A DNA stretch of 64,000 bases from the human T2T-CHM13v2.0 reference genome, Homo sapiens (GCF_009914755.1 NC_060932.1), one strand, 5' to 3'. Counted from the stretch's first letter, positions 1-15,449 are shown. The notes: generated by a model not told the origin, from the letters alone. Translations and numbers: made by a program.

Positions 1-959
1 TACTTCTGCACTATATAATTATATAGCAGGTCTTACAGGTTATCATACTCATTTACTGCATGTCAGTCTCCCGCAATGAGACTGAGCTTCTTAAAGCTAT
101 GGGCAGTTCTTTCTTTACCTTTGTAACTGCAGGACCTAAGACAATGCTTGAAACTGAGTTACAAACTCCTTAAGTATGTGTTGTGCAAAACCTAATTATA
201 GCATAGATATGATTTTGCATTCTGCCTTTGTCACTCAATATTTTATTATAAGCATTTCATTTTGTTTTATAGTCTTCGTAATTATCATTTTAATGGCTGC
301 ATAAAGGTCCATCAAGTTCGTGTGTCATAATTTTCTGTACTATTTCCGCGTTGTATTTTGAAGTTATCTTCACAGTTTTACTATTAGTTAAGTATTTAAT
401 TAGATATTCTTTATCATTTTAAAGTTTGGAAGGCTTGAAGGCTTGATTTGGATTACCCATTTCTTTCGAAAAATATTTATAAGAGAATGACTACTTTTCC
501 TCAAACACATACTTTGTTAATGAAAGTCGTATTTAATATAACAAGAATGTACATATGAACAAAGAATATGAAATATATACACATAAACATACATTGACAT
601 GTAATTATATAAAGTATAAATCCTAGATATTAATATTTAAGTATGTACATTAACATAAGATATGTTTAGCATGTCTTTCGGGGGGAAAAAGACCTTATAT
701 TTAAGTGGAAAAAGTCTGAAGCAAGATTTCAGTCCGCTAGAACTCCGTTACTAAGAAAAACCTAGTGCCAGAGATAGAAAATACTCAGTAAAATTTGGTA
801 CATAGGTGCCAATAATTATAACCTGGAAATTAAGAGGCCAGATAAGGGATATATAGTTTATTCATTCTTCTTTAATTGATTTAATCCAAATATGATTCAC
901 TAGAAGTTTAAATTATTTATGTGTAATTATTAATCAAACTTCAAAAAGCATTACCAGTA

Positions 960-1280
960 ATTTACTTTTTAAACAATGTTATTGAGGTATATAAAACATG
1001 CAAGAAACCACAGAAGTTGTATTGAAAGGGTACCATTGGGTAGGCTCTGTTATGTGTATGCACACATGAAGCCATGGGCACAATCAAGATTGTGTACAAT
1101 GGCATCATCCCCAAATTTTCTTGTGTCTCTTTCTGCTCCCTCACTGCAACCACTCCTTGCATCCCCTGGTAACCAGACAACCACCTATCTGCTCTTGGTC
1201 AACAGAGATTAGATTGCTTTTTCTAGTTTTATATAAAATGAGTTATACAGTATGTAGTGTATTTTATCTGACTTACTATA
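960..1280 (-). mobile_element. Old L1M (L1MB/ME-type) 3' fragment
   Basis: 'cccctggtaaccagacaaccacctatctgctc...ttttatataaaatgagttatacagtatgta' resembles antisense L1M 3' UTR; boundaries approximate. Confidence 0.6.
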
Positions 1281-1305
1281 TGCCAACAATTATGGCAAAA
1301 GTGTG

Positions 1306-1669
1306 TGATATGGTTAGGCTGTGTCCCCACCCAAATCCCATCTTGAATTGTAGCTCCCATAATCCCCACATGTCATTGGAGGGATCCAGTGGGAGGTAAT
1401 TGAATCATGGCGGCGTGTTTTTCCCATGCTGTTCTCCTGATAGTAAATAAATCTCAGGAGATCTGACGGTTTTATAAAGGGCAGGTCCCCTGCACATGCT
1501 CTCTTTCCTGACACCATGTAAGATGTGCTTTTGCTCCTCCTTCACCTTCTGCCATAACTGTAAGACCTTCCAGCCATGTGGAGCTGTGAGTCCATTAAAC
1601 CCCCTTTTGTTAATAAATTGCCCAGTCTCAGGTATGTCTTCTTTAGCAGCAAGAGAACAGACTAATACA
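1306..1669 (+). mobile_element. THE1B-like solo LTR (ERVL-MaLR)
   Basis: Starts tgatatggttaggctgtgtccccacccaaat, ends agaacagactaataca; 5-bp TSD gtgtg (1301-1305)/gtttg (1670-1674). Confidence 0.93.
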
Positions 1670-2198
1670 GTTTGACACTGATTTTTATGAGTGTCAAATT
1701 CTTTTGATGGCACAAGACAAGAGATAGGTTCAACATTCTTACCTGAATTCTCATTCTGTTTTGTGGACTTTTTACACTCACACACTGTGGAACTGGCCCC
1801 TGAGAAAAAGAAAATGATCTGACTCCTCTCTTGTTTAACACAGTACTTATCCCAAAACCTTGCACTAGTCCTGCAAGGCATATTTGTGTTGATATAAATC
1901 AAATTAATATGGACTAAATTTAGAGCACCAGATAGAGTTCTACTCAATGACTCATGAATTCCCTTTTTAAGAAATGTCTGACTAAAGAATAGTCAGTCAC
2001 ATTGATTGATCTTGATTGCCTACAAGCCTGAAAATGAACTGTTTTGAGTTGGACCCACAAAGTATGTGGCAACACTTACTGATCTTTTCTTATTAGAAAA
2101 ATTTAAAAATATATATTTAAAAATAGGACTTTGAGACCCTATGTGTGCATATCCACATTTCAGAATATTTGCATAAAGAAAATCAACCTGTACAGTGT

Positions 2199-2759
2199 TG
2201 TTATAGCACAATCAGATTCTTGTTCAGTGCACGGTAACCAATCAGTGCATCAAAACAGCAGGAACTGTAGCAGATAAAGAGTTTAATAATCAAACAGTAG
2301 CCAAAGAAAAGATGAGAGGGAACCTCAAATCTACCCCTCCTGGAAGTTTTGGACTGGGGTTTTTAAGGGAATCTTGGTGGGTAGAGAGCTGAGGAGCTAG
2401 GGTTGCTGATTGTTTGCAAAGTGAAAGGTTGAGTCATGGGATAGGGAGATGAAGAAACCACATTCCTATACCGAGTGGCATCCTTAGAGGGGTCTTCAGG
2501 CTGGCTGGCATCAATGGACTTGTTGGAATGCAGGATCTGCAAAATATCTCAAATGAAAAATTTGAGGTTTATTAATGGTAAGGATGTTATCTACAGAAGT
2601 TAGGATCTTGTGATGGGGGTAGGTGACTTCTAAGTGCTAGCTTTAAGGAAGTGGCTCTAGGGCAAGCTGGTTCAGGCTTTGCTCTGCTTCTACTCCAAGC
2701 TTCTGTTTTTGTTAAGAATCTAGCAATTAAGTTGTATTAATTTTATTAGGACAGTTTCA
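2199..2759 (-). mobile_element. ERV1 solo LTR, LOR1-like (MER4 group)
   Basis: TG...CA termini with perfect 4-bp TSD gtgt (2195-2198, 2760-2763); minus strand begins tgaaactgtcctaataaaattaat as in LOR1-type LTRs; subfamily uncertain. Confidence 0.75.
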
Positions 2760-3169
2760 GTGTCAAATTACAAGGGTTCAAGGCATAGTTCTAACATTTC
2801 CTACAGTGTGATGTCACTAGAGTTTTTTTTTTCTTGTTTTTTTGGAATTCCAATTACCTCTTGTGGTACATATAGATAATAGAAACCAATTCAAAGGGTT
2901 ATTTTTGTAAGGGTAAAGTAAAAATGGATAATATGTAAAAATATCAAGTGGAATTCTCTGTGCATTGTCTTTCATGAATAGTTGTGAATCTAATTAATTG
3001 AGAAATTAGCTGGAATCTGGACACATATTTGAAAACACCATTAGGAGACAGGGAAGCCAGACATAATATCAGCTAGCATTTGAAGCGTGATTCAGTAAGC
3101 CTCTCTCATTCAATGATTTTGACCTGTCTTTGGTCAAAATTATATCATTGGTCAGTGTTTATCATTATG

Positions 3170-3370
3170 AACCTGAAGACTAGAAGGCTTCCATTTAAGC
3201 CAGGGTTAATTAATGACTATGTATTCAGCCTTGGGCAAGCCATTCAGTCTCTCTCAATCTCAATGGACTTATTTATAAAATGGTAATAACTGTACCTATT
3301 TGTCTTATCTCATAGGGTTATTTTGAGAAATAAATAGGATAATGTATGTGAAAGCCCTTTGCAAATGACC
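3170..3370 (+). mobile_element. MIR SINE
   Basis: ccttgggcaagccattcagtctctctcaatctc...tataaaatggtaataactgtacct...agggttattttgaga core. Confidence 0.75.
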
Positions 3371-6289
3371 ACATATACTGGTAGAAAATTGTCAGAGTGT
3401 GACTATTTATTGAGCCCTAGAGCAACCATCTGGGTGATTGGCTTTATTCACACCCACCCTTTCTGAGACTGCTACCTTTTGTTCCATTGAGAAGGGATTC
3501 ACAGCATTTGATTGACCAGATCTATTACACTCCTAAGGGTCATACTGACACGTCTCTTAACCTGAGGTTAGGCTGGAAACTGACATGAATGGAAAGACTC
3601 TGGTTACTGAATGAGATGCCCATGGCAGCTCCAAGTCTTCTCACCATCAAGAAGGCTGTCAGCTCCAAATGACAGCTGATGGTGCTACAGCCCCGGTGCT
3701 GCAGCTGTCCTTGAGCAGAGAGCCTTTTGTTCTTATTATGCAGCTGTCAAGGTGGTGGCAGGCAGCATCATCTAATGACACAAACCGGTGTCAGAACTTC
3801 CCAAAAAGATTTGTAGGTTTCTCAATGACAATTTCATCTCATTACAAATGCCACAGGCCTCAGTGAGTCCTCTTTCAATGTGTCACACTCTTAAAGTCAT
3901 TTTGTGATGATCTTCCCTGCCACGGCTTCTTCTGAAGGAAGGCTTGTAGTCTATCGGAACAGGGATGAGTCCCTGTCCTATTCCAAGAACAAATTGATCA
4001 AATATGATGACTGGAAGGAAAGTCCTGCACTTTGCTTTCTGGTGACATAAGACATAGTACACCCAGAGAGTTCTACAAATGTAAAATAATGAAAAAAGGT
4101 AATAATTACTATCAAAGAGATGTTTGTAAAATATGATAGAATTTCAGTGGTAGAAAGGAATTTATTTATACTATTATTTAATAAATAATTTGATTTTTGA
4201 CAAATATTTGTCGGTGACTCTCAAGGCGGACATGCAGCTCTCTGTCTGTCTTGGTGTATAACGAACAGGCTGGAAATGATGCTGGCTCCCTTGATACTAG
4301 TGTCCCCCATGAGAAGGCACACATAAATTTTAAAAATGCATGTTTGAATATAAATAATGGGTGAATAATTTTTTGAGGGTGTCATGGTCCTCTCAAACCA
4401 AGTTTATAATAGAATGCATAAGAAATGTCTCTATGTAAATTAAACCTCTAATTTTGGCTAAATAGAGATTTATGGTCTAATTCTAGAAGCAGAATCTAGA
4501 GCTATGATTCTTTTAAGTTTCTCGCTCTTATAACCATGAAATCAATAGTTTTGTTTTGCTATAAGAGCATAAGAAGCAGCACACTGTATTCGAGAGTTCC
4601 AGAGTTTTTTTGATTATTGTGAATTCCAAAAAATGACCAAAAATAATCAAAGATTCTAAGATATTATTTGGCCTCTAGAAGGAGCCTGGGGCAGAGAGAT
4701 CCAAGGCTGAGCACAGCTGGGATTTAGAGTGACTGGCATATGTGTAGGTGGAAAGGGTAGCAGGGATTGGCAGTAATGGTATCAGGCCCTTACACATCCT
4801 CACATACTTGGCTTTAGGATCTGGTCAAATACATCTACCTCTTAACATGCCCAGACTCCCCTTCACTCTTCAAATGACTGAAGTGTTTTCTGAATTCACA
4901 GGTGGAATCAAGATACTAACTGTGGTGGGACAATCAATTTGGGCAACTCCTGTTGTAGTCTTCCTTCTGGAAAGAAAGGGCAGCAATTTAAGGCCAGATG
5001 TTGCTTAGAGATATCCAGGAATAGAAAGCTGCATGTAGCAACTCAAGCAGAATCATCAGGACTCAATTTCTTTCTCTAGTCATCTCTTGGTTTGATTTCT
5101 TCTGGTGTGGCTTTATGTTGAAGAAGATGCTTGGAATATACTTCAAAGATAAATCTGGTTAAAAAATAAAATAAAGGAGGAGAAAGAGAGAGGGAGGAGT
5201 GGGGGAGACAGGTAGACAGAGAGCTAGAGAGAGAGAGAGAGTCAGAATACTAGGTAACCTGGATACAAGAAACAGAATCAATGCCATTAATACCACTGAA
5301 AAGATGTTATATGGCCAGAATAAAATCATGCATACCAAACTCAGTGGTATTGTTAGCGTCAGCATATCATAGATGCTCAGTTAATATTGGTAGCTGAATC
5401 TAAATTTAATGAATGCCTGTTCGGCTATCAAAATACCTTTCTTCCTCATCCAGTATCATTTACATTGCAAATATAATAAGAAAAGCTATGTAAGAAAAAA
5501 AGTAACAAGAGACAACCACCGGACCTCCAGAGTCAGCTAAGAGAGAAAGCCTTGTGAAATACAGCCAGTGTAGCTTCTAGCTCCCTGTTCTACTAACATA
5601 CATTAGAATTACTGTAGCTCATTTTTATCTGTATATGTTCTAGATATTTTATGCTGAAAGCATTTAAGTGGAGTAGAATAACAATTATCAACTTTGTCAT
5701 CATATATTCCTGATTTTAATTCTTGGTCACTACCTATTTATTGTCTTCACAAATGTTAACAAATTGCTAACTCCTCTGAACAGATAAAATGAGGCCAATA
5801 CTGTGTACTTCATCAGGTCATTGAGAAGTCCAATTTTGAGAATATTAGTACAGTGACTAGCATGCAGTCCTTTCTACATAAATGGATGTCATATAAATAT
5901 AAATGACAAGAGGGTGTGAAACCTGTCTGTCTACTTTTCTCACTTAATTATCAATGAATTTTCATGCAGCTTAAGGATTTTTAATTGTCTATAACTTCTT
6001 TAACATTTGCCAAACAATTTGTTTATAATGCTATTAAAAAAAAACTTGGATTCCATGAATTGTAATACAATTCAGAAAGCTACAGCATAAAGCCGATAAA
6101 AATGTTTTCATTGATGGGGCTTAAATGTTTATTTTAATGAAGAGACACATTAAGGTGAGTCGATTCCTGATTCCTGTCTTTGTGCTTGTTGTTATCTACT
6201 TATTCTTCAATTCCAATAAATTTGGTTCATCAAATATTCAGAGGCTTCTGAGTATAGTGGTCATGAGAAATGGTGAATTTCTGAAATTA

Positions 6290-6570
6290 GCCTTCCCCCA
6301 GCATTGCTACTTAATATCTCTGTAATCTTTGGCAATTTGAACATGCAACTCTTATAAGTAAATTTCCCCTGTCCTTCCCACCCCGCCAGCTTAAGTTAGA
6401 CCCCATATCTCTGTACTCTTTCTTTTCTCCCCTATGAATAACTTTACAGTAATATTGTGGTATTTTCTTTCCATCTTACTAGTAGACAGCAAATTCCTTA
6501 AGGGGATTAGTTACATCTGGATTGGCATAGAGCAGGTACTTGGTGAATAATAATTGAATGAATGAGCATG
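6290..6570 (+). mobile_element. L2 3' fragment
   Basis: ctagtagacagcaaattccttaagggg...ggcatagagcaggtacttggtgaataataattgaatgaatga. Confidence 0.55.
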
Positions 6571-6659
6571 TCTTACACTAAAAATAGTAATGTGCATAGC
6601 AGTTCCTGTAGGTAGAGCAGTATTGTTATAGAGGTAACAATGATACAAAAGTAACAAAC

Positions 6660-6880
6660 AATTAATTAAAATTAATGCTAAACTCTTAAGATTGGCTAGG
6701 CACTATTTCAAGGGCTTTATATTCATTCTATTATTTTCTCATTGCAAGAGACTATGAGGTATTTGCTACATTTTCCCACTTGCGTAGATAAGAAATCTGA
6801 TGCAAAGGAAACTTAACAACCCTCTCGGGATCACATAGTTAATGAATGTCGAAATGAGGATCAAAATATAAGTAACATCA
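6660..6880 (-). mobile_element. MIR SINE
   Basis: ctaggcactatttcaagggctttatattcatt...cccacttgcgtagataagaaatctgatgc. Confidence 0.65.
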
Positions 6881-8130
6881 GTTTTCTGAGGATCCTAAAA
6901 TTTCAAAGGGTCTAGTTAGTGTTAGGTGTGTGTATTTAAATTTCTTGGCTTCAATTTTCTCCTATGGAGAGGTTGGACTCCGTCATCTCCAAGATACTGT
7001 CCAATGGTCATTCTTATGATTCTGTCCTTTCTTTCTTATTGGTGACTCTGTTGTCCTTCTTGGCCACCTCAGCCCATCTCCTGTCTTCTCCTTTAATGGG
7101 ATCACACTTGCCATGGGGTCTTTGATCCCAAGGGCTCAGACTCCCCTGATAGTGTGTCTGTGCTGCTGTTTAACTTTCTCCCACACATTGTTCATTCTCT
7201 CTCTAGAGGGGAAATCAACTGTAGTCAGGGGAGTAATTAGCTTGCTGATTACTGCTGATCTATTAATTGGGAAGTGCTGTAGGCCCTATTTAGAGTGATC
7301 TGACTAATACAATCACAGTATCTTTAATCAAGGATTCAGTGATGTTTCTAGCTAGTGAAAATGGGATATATTTTACTGGTGAAAATTTCCTCCTCCTTCA
7401 CCATGATGTTTAGTGAATGCAGCACCACATTCAAACTGCTATGCCCTAAGCCTATCATTGCTTGTATGTTCACTTAATTGTGTCTGTCACTAGACTATTA
7501 GTGTTATAAGGGCAGGTACTTGGTGGGTTTTATCCGTGAGTCTCTAGAATCTGTCTCATTGCCTCACACAGGATAGGAACTCAATAAATGTAGGTAGACT
7601 GCTCTAAGCTTCAGTGTTTGTCCTTTGTACAAAGAGGATATTAATAGATATTTTGTTGGGTTATCAGGCATTATCTCAAAGAGTGTATATAATGATAGTG
7701 GTTGTTGTCAATATATAAGAAGAAGATAGTAAAGAGTAAGTGCCCTTCATTATGATTAAGCTGTGGGAATAAATTCTTATGGTTGTGAATGACTAAAAAT
7801 AAATTAAAAAGAAGTGAATGAATGGATTGTTGAATAAATGACAGAATAATTTAACTCAGAGGTAACCTATAAGTCCGATTTATTTGATTACTACACATAT
7901 TAACTATAGCCCAGTATGTCTTCTTTCTTAATGAAACTCACCACATACTCTCATTTGGTTCTGATGTCACTAGCAAATCACGATTCTGCCTTGACAGAAC
8001 ATTGTAGCTTTTCCCCCCTTCATGGTGGTTACTAACATTTCTAGATAAAAAGAAATATCTTGGGGATACTATCATATGTAGTCATTTGTTAAGTTGTTTT
8101 ACATTTCTTTATGAATAGAGAAGAAACCAG

Positions 8131-8922
<792 letters not shown>

Positions 8923-10082
8923 TCACTAGCATCCCATCAGTCCCCAGAACACCCCTCTGTATACAAGAGCTGCTCATAGCTTCTTTTAAAACATTCCCAA
9001 TGTGTAGAATATATGGATGATACATACTCTCATAGACCTAGAACATTTATACCTGGATACAAGCATCTTTTCTTTCAAGGCTTGTTAGGCCAAGGCATTC
9101 CCATGCTTGCTCTAGAAGAGTCTTCACCCATTAAAGAGTTCACACATACAAGGATCATAAGATCCACAAGCAATATCTCTCTATGGGCATCAAAATGGTA
9201 ATTCAGATGGCTGCACATTCTTTCATCTAGTTGAAAAGCCAGCACTTACTTAAACATACCCTTATTTTTTCATTTTGATATTTAATAATATAGTCAGAAA
9301 AACAATCAATGTTTTCAGTATATTGTCATCTTCACTCTTAAGTTTTTTTCCTTTGTGATATATTTCTATAAAAGTTGCTCAGGTTAAAACATGACTTGTA
9401 ATTGATTTAAAAAATGAAATCACTTTTCTTACTCTCTGTTCTCTAACTTAACAATGACCCTGTGGTGAAGAGAGAAATACATTAATTTCTAAATTACATG
9501 ATTCTATTGCAAATCTTCTCCACAATCCTCTTCTCTCCTCATTGTAGCCTTGTTCCCTGGCAACAAATCCCAGAGTAGGGGATGGTGGAAGAAAAAGCAC
9601 CTTTATTTTCCCCCAAGAAATAACAGTTGAATTCAGTGAAGGTAAGATCTCTAGCTATCAGGAGAATGCCTTGTAAATTTTTAATTCATTCTTTCATCAT
9701 AAATTGTTATCAAAAATTAATGACTATCTATTTTCCATTCTTTCAATATAGTTACCATTTTTCTCTAAATTTCTATATGAAAATTGTCTATTTTTTGTCT
9801 TTCTTATAAAATTAGATTTTGAAAAATCTTGATAGAACAAACTCTCTGCCTATAGAACTGCTGCTTAGACCAAATTGGTTGGTCAGGTCGTGGAAGCAGG
9901 ATGTGGGCCAGGGCAGTGGGTGGTTGGTATGGACAATCACTGTTTTAATTTGAGGCGTCAAACATGAATACATACATAGGTTACAAAATTTGCCCAGTGT
10001 TGTACAAATACCTATTTAAAGAATCATGGATCCTCAGCCCTTGATGTTTCCACCATGACATTCTTTAGAGAAGGCAAATATA

Positions 10083-10134
10083 AACACACACATGCACACA
10101 CACACACGCACGCACATAAACACACACACACACA
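10083..10134. repeat. Imperfect (CA)n microsatellite
   Basis: acacacacatgcacacacacacacgcacgcac... Confidence 0.9.
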
Positions 10135-12762
10135 GAGAACCCAAGTTATTTATTTTTAAAAAATTAAGTTTCCCAAAGGCTATATCCAAACACAGTATTA
10201 CGTTTTTAACATCAGTCCAGGAAGCCTGTAGTCATAACATGGATTTGGGGCAGAAAGAAAGGGGGTGGGGGGGCATACTGGGTATTTGGTTAAGCTTGTT
10301 TAAGAACTTATTTTCAAACTTCTCATATATTTACAAGATAATCTTAAAAGCCCACCTTAAAAATATCAAAGAGGTACCCCTTCTGCAGAATGTGCTAGAG
10401 AGTAACCACTTTTGTAGCAAACTTTCTCTTAGCAAAATACAGTTTATGACTGAATATGTGGAATTTATATGTTCACAGGCTGTTTTTCCTTTCCCAAAAT
10501 AACACCAGAAGCAACTATTCTGAAGATCCTTTTAACAGGCAATGAATATGCTTCATGAAGGCACTTTGATCCCCAGAGAGTCCTGTCTGAGTTGAATTTC
10601 TTGGAACACAAAGGCACGGATTCTGCCCTCAAGTCGGTCAGGATGCATGAAGAAAGCACGGATGACATGGCACTGTGGTGACTGTGACAGACACAAAATA
10701 CCAAGAAACTGAGTGTGGAGACACCACCCAGAGAGAGGACAAACTCTGTCCTGGTGGGGCAGAACCAGGTTCTCAGGAGCATTGACATCTGAGTTTGTAC
10801 TTTGTTTGAAGATGGAGAGAAGTTAGTTGTCTGATTGGAGGGTGTGGAAAAAGGGTTTGCCTGGATGAGGGTGACATATGTGGAAAGGTGAGCAGTGATG
10901 AGCTCTTGCAGATTCTTAGGGGCAAGTGAAGAAAAGTCTAGTTCGAATGGGAGCAGAGTCAGTGCTGGTGAGGGGCTTTTTAATGTTTTTATTATATGGT
11001 TGTTTTCTATACATCTTTTATTTCCATTTATTTGAGATTTTAGCTACTTAAAAAGCCTCTTCCTAATTTCAATAGATTTTCTAATCTTTCTGGTGATGTA
11101 GCTTTGGTATTTGATAGCCCAGACATAATCAGAAATGTATTTGGTTCTGAGCACTGTTGATTTTAAACTCCAATTTGCATTTTTATTTAATTATATTTGA
11201 TGGCTATGCCTTCCTTTTTATATTGCTGCATTGCTATCCAAGCCAATACTCACCCCTTTCCTGAATACCTTGGAATCCAAGTGTAACCTCTAACAGAAAT
11301 AAAGAACTTTGGACAAAGCAATTTCAATGCTCCACTCCAGGAAGGAGGATGGAGGGGAGGCGGGGAAAAATCTGGAAGAGAGACTTGAAATATTATTTAC
11401 TCAGACCTAGGAATTTCAGAGTTTGAAAGCAAAAGCCGGCAAGCACTTAAAGACTGCCTTTGTTAAAAAGAGAAGCTCTAGGGGAAACGATTCCATTCTG
11501 AGTATCTTATAATCTCATTTTAAGAGAGTGACACTTGCAAGTTCTCTTTGGCACTAATTGCCTTTTTCCGATCAAGCTCTCCCGTCTCTAACCCTGACAG
11601 TCTGTCTCCGGTCAAGTTTATATCTATATCTGTATTCTACAGCTCTGACGAAAAGCTTGTCTGTGCTCAGTGGTTAAGTTTTCCTCTGAGAGGAGTGACT
11701 ATCTCACCACAGCATCTGCATTTTGAATCATTATTTCTTCAGAAAGATGTATCTCTGATTGCTGGATTTTGGATTGCACTCATGGGAGATTCCGTGCCTT
11801 CTCTTTTGAAAGATTTAATAGTATTTTGTGCGAGAAGAAAAGTAAATAGGAAACTGTTATGAAAATGGTAAGAGGCAATGCATGGTATGAGCTGGCATAA
11901 AATGTGAATTTGTAAGCAATCTGATAAATATGAGTTTTCACTTCTGCCCCCAATCAGTCAGAAAGTCATGGGTTTGAATCTGAACTTGATTTTTAATTAG
12001 GCAAATTAGCCTTCTTGTTTTTATGCCCTGTTCTTCTTTCCCTCTTCCCATTTTTAATTTTAGATAATGTGACTCTTTTGTCCACTGGGCTGTGCGTATT
12101 TCAGAAGATGGATAGTGCCCTAATGATTTTGTATCCTGTCACCCAGCTCAATGCTTATCCAAGTGTGTCCATGTGATATATGTTTCATAAATGAACAAAT
12201 CTATTCTATCATGTTCCTCCCATTCACTTTCTAATACGTGAGAAAGATTGATCCAATTCCTCAATATTATTGAGTGATGTCTTCTCCCCCCATCTCCATT
12301 CCACCACTCTCAGGAAATACTGCTTTGTGCATGCATTCGCAGATCTTCAAAAAGAGAACAGTTCTACATTATACCCAATATTGCTAATCATCTGTATGGG
12401 TAGATAAATGTGGCATCCGTATTTGAATTAGTAAAACAAGTTATGAGTAGGGAAGTTTGTTTGTTCTTTTGAATTTGAAACAACAGCACAATTTGTAGTT
12501 AGTCCTTAATACAGGTATGGGGTGTCAATTATTTCAATTATTTTAATTTTCAGCACTTTGGCGTTTGGTCCCCACAATGACATAACTTTCATTAGCATGG
12601 AAAGTGGATAATTTGCTTACACTTCATGGTGTTTATTGTCAACTTTAATTTTTATTTCCAGCATGGTTCTCAATACTTCATCTTAATTGCTACTGATGAA
12701 GCAAATGACAGAGAGGCTAACTTGACTTTGTGTCACCAACAGGCTCTGTCAGAATTGTAAAG

Positions 12763-15449
12763 CCCACTGACATGGTTAGAGAGATCGTTGAGGCAGGAAA
12801 TTAATGAAGATATTCAGGACCTAAATTCAACACTTGACTAAATGGACCTAACAGAAATCTACAGAATATTCCACCCATTAATAACAAATACATATATATT
12901 ATTCTCATCAGCACATGGCACATACTCTAGGATCAATCACTTGCTTGGCCATAAGAAAATTCTCAACAAACTTCAAGAAATGAAATTACACCAATCACAC
13001 TCTTGGACCACAGTGCAATAAACTAGAAATGAATACCAAGAAGATCTCTCAAAACCATACAATTACGTGAATGTTAAACAACCTGCTCTTGAATGACTTT
13101 TGGGTAAAGAATGAAATAAAGGCAGATATCAAAAAAATTTTTGAAACTAATAAGAACAAAGATAAAATATACCAGAATCTCTGGAACACAGCTAAAAGAA
13201 TGTTAAACGGGAAGTTTATAGTGCTAAACACCTGCATTGAGAAGACAGAAAGATCTACAATTAAAAATCTAACATCACACCTAGAGGAACTAGAATAACA
13301 AGAGCAAACCAACCCCAAAGCTATCAGAAGACAGGAAATAAGCAAAATCAGACCTGAACTGAATGAAATTGACAGGCAAAAAAATACATACAAAAGATCT
13401 ATAAAACCAAAAGTTGGTAAAAAAATAAATAAGATTGATAAACTGCTAGCTAAATTAAGAAGAGTAAGAAAAAAGAAAGACTATCCAAATAAACACAACT
13501 AGAGATGACAAAGGTGACATTATGACCAATCCCACAGAAATACAAAATATTAATAATACCTTCAGAGACTATAATAAACACCTCCATGCACACAAACTAG
13601 AAAACATGAAAGAAATGGATACATTCCTGGAAACATATAGCCAGCCACTCAAGATTAAAGCAGGAAAAACTTGAAAGCTTTAAACATGTACCCACTTAAG
13701 ATTAAAACAGGAAAAAACTGAACAAACAAATGAGTTTGAAAATTGAATCAGTAATAAAAAAAACTTATCAACCAGAAAAAGCCTTGTATCAGATGGATTC
13801 ACAGCTGAATTTTAACACATGTATAAAGAAGAGCAGATTCCAATCCTACCAAAATTATACCAAAAAATGTAGGAAGAGGGACTCCTCCCTAACTCATAAT
13901 ATGAGGCCAGCATCATTCTGATACCAAAACCTGTGAGAGACAAAATGAAAAAAAAAAAAAAAAGAAAATTTCAGGTAAATATCCCTGGTGAACATAGACA
14001 CAAAAATTCTCAAAAAAAAAAAAAAAAAAAAATAGCAAATTCAATCCAGCAGCACATCGAAAGGTTAATCCACCACAATGAAGTAGGCTTTATTCCTGCA
14101 ATGGAAGTTTGGTCCAACATATGCAAATCAATAAATGTGACTCATCACATAAACAGAACTAAAAGACAAAAAAAAAATAGATGCATAAGCGACTTTTGAT
14201 AAAATTCAATATTCTTTTATGTAAAAGACCTTAAAAAACTAGGAATCAAAGGAACATACCTCAAAATTAGAAGAGTCACCTATGAAAAACCCATTGCCAA
14301 CATTAGGTAGTTTAACTTAGAAGAGTCATCTATGAAAAATCCGCTGCAATTCCAGTGAAAACAAAACAGATAAGTGGGACCTAATAAAAATAAGGAGCTT
14401 CTGCACAGCAAGAGACTATCAACAGGGTAAACAGACAACCTACAGAATGGCAGAAAATATTTGCAAAGTATGCACCTGACAAAAGTCTAATATTCAGAAT
14501 CTGTAAGGAACTTAAACAAATCAACAAGCAAAAAATAAATAACCCCATGTGCAAAGGACAGGAACAGATACTTCTGAGGTACGTAAGAAAATACAAAGGA
14601 CAATGAACATGAACACGTATTTAAAAAGACATACATGAGTCACAAGCATATGAAAAAATGTTCAACATCACTAACCATTAGACAAATCTAAATCCAAACC
14701 ACAATGAGATATTATCTTAAAATAGAATAGGTGTAATTAAAATGTCAAAAATAACAATTTTGGCAAGGTTGAGGAGAAAAAGGAATGTTTATAAACTGCT
14801 AGTGGGAATGTAAATTAGTTCAGCCAATGTAGAAAGCAGTTTGGAGATTTTTCAAAGAATTTAGAACAGAACTACTATTTGACCTTGGAATCCCATTACT
14901 CAGTATATACCCAAAGGAATGTAAATCATTCCATTGAAAAGATGTATGTACTCTCATGTTCATTGCAGCACTATTCACAATAGAAAAGACATGGAATCAA
15001 ATGAGATGTCCATTAGTGGTAGACTGGATAAAAAAAATACAGTACATGTACACTCTGGAATACTATGCAGCCACAAAAAAGAACAGTCATGCCATTTGCA
15101 GCAATGTGGATGGAACTCAAGGCCTATGTGAATTAATGAACAGGAAACCAACTATAACACATATTCTCACTTGCAAGAGGGAACTAAATATTGAGTACAC
15201 ATGCACACAAAAATGGAAAGGGAAACCCAGGGCCTACTTGAGCATGGAGCATAGGAGGAGGGTAAGGGTCAAAAAACTACCAATCAGGTACCATGCTCAG
15301 TACCTGGGTAATGAAAGTATTTGTACACCAAAGCTCAGCAACACACAATTTACTCGTGTAACAAACCTGCATATGTATTCCCTGAATCTAAAATAACCAA
15401 TTGTTTATAACAATAGTTATAATAAAATAAAAGTTGAAAAAGAAAAAAA
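12763..15449 (+). mobile_element. 5'-truncated, internally deleted L1PA15/16-like LINE-1 (degenerate ORF2 + 3' UTR)
   Basis: ORF2 peptides [21 protein letters not shown] and MFIAALFTI; 3' UTR aaaaactaccaatcaggtaccatgctcagtacctggg; jumps from RT region to ORF2 C-terminal region at ~14300-14350. Confidence 0.92.

Noticed and set aside
1405-1947. Longest ORF (180 aa, minus strand)
   Set aside because: Half is antisense THE1 LTR; no recognisable domain or exon structure
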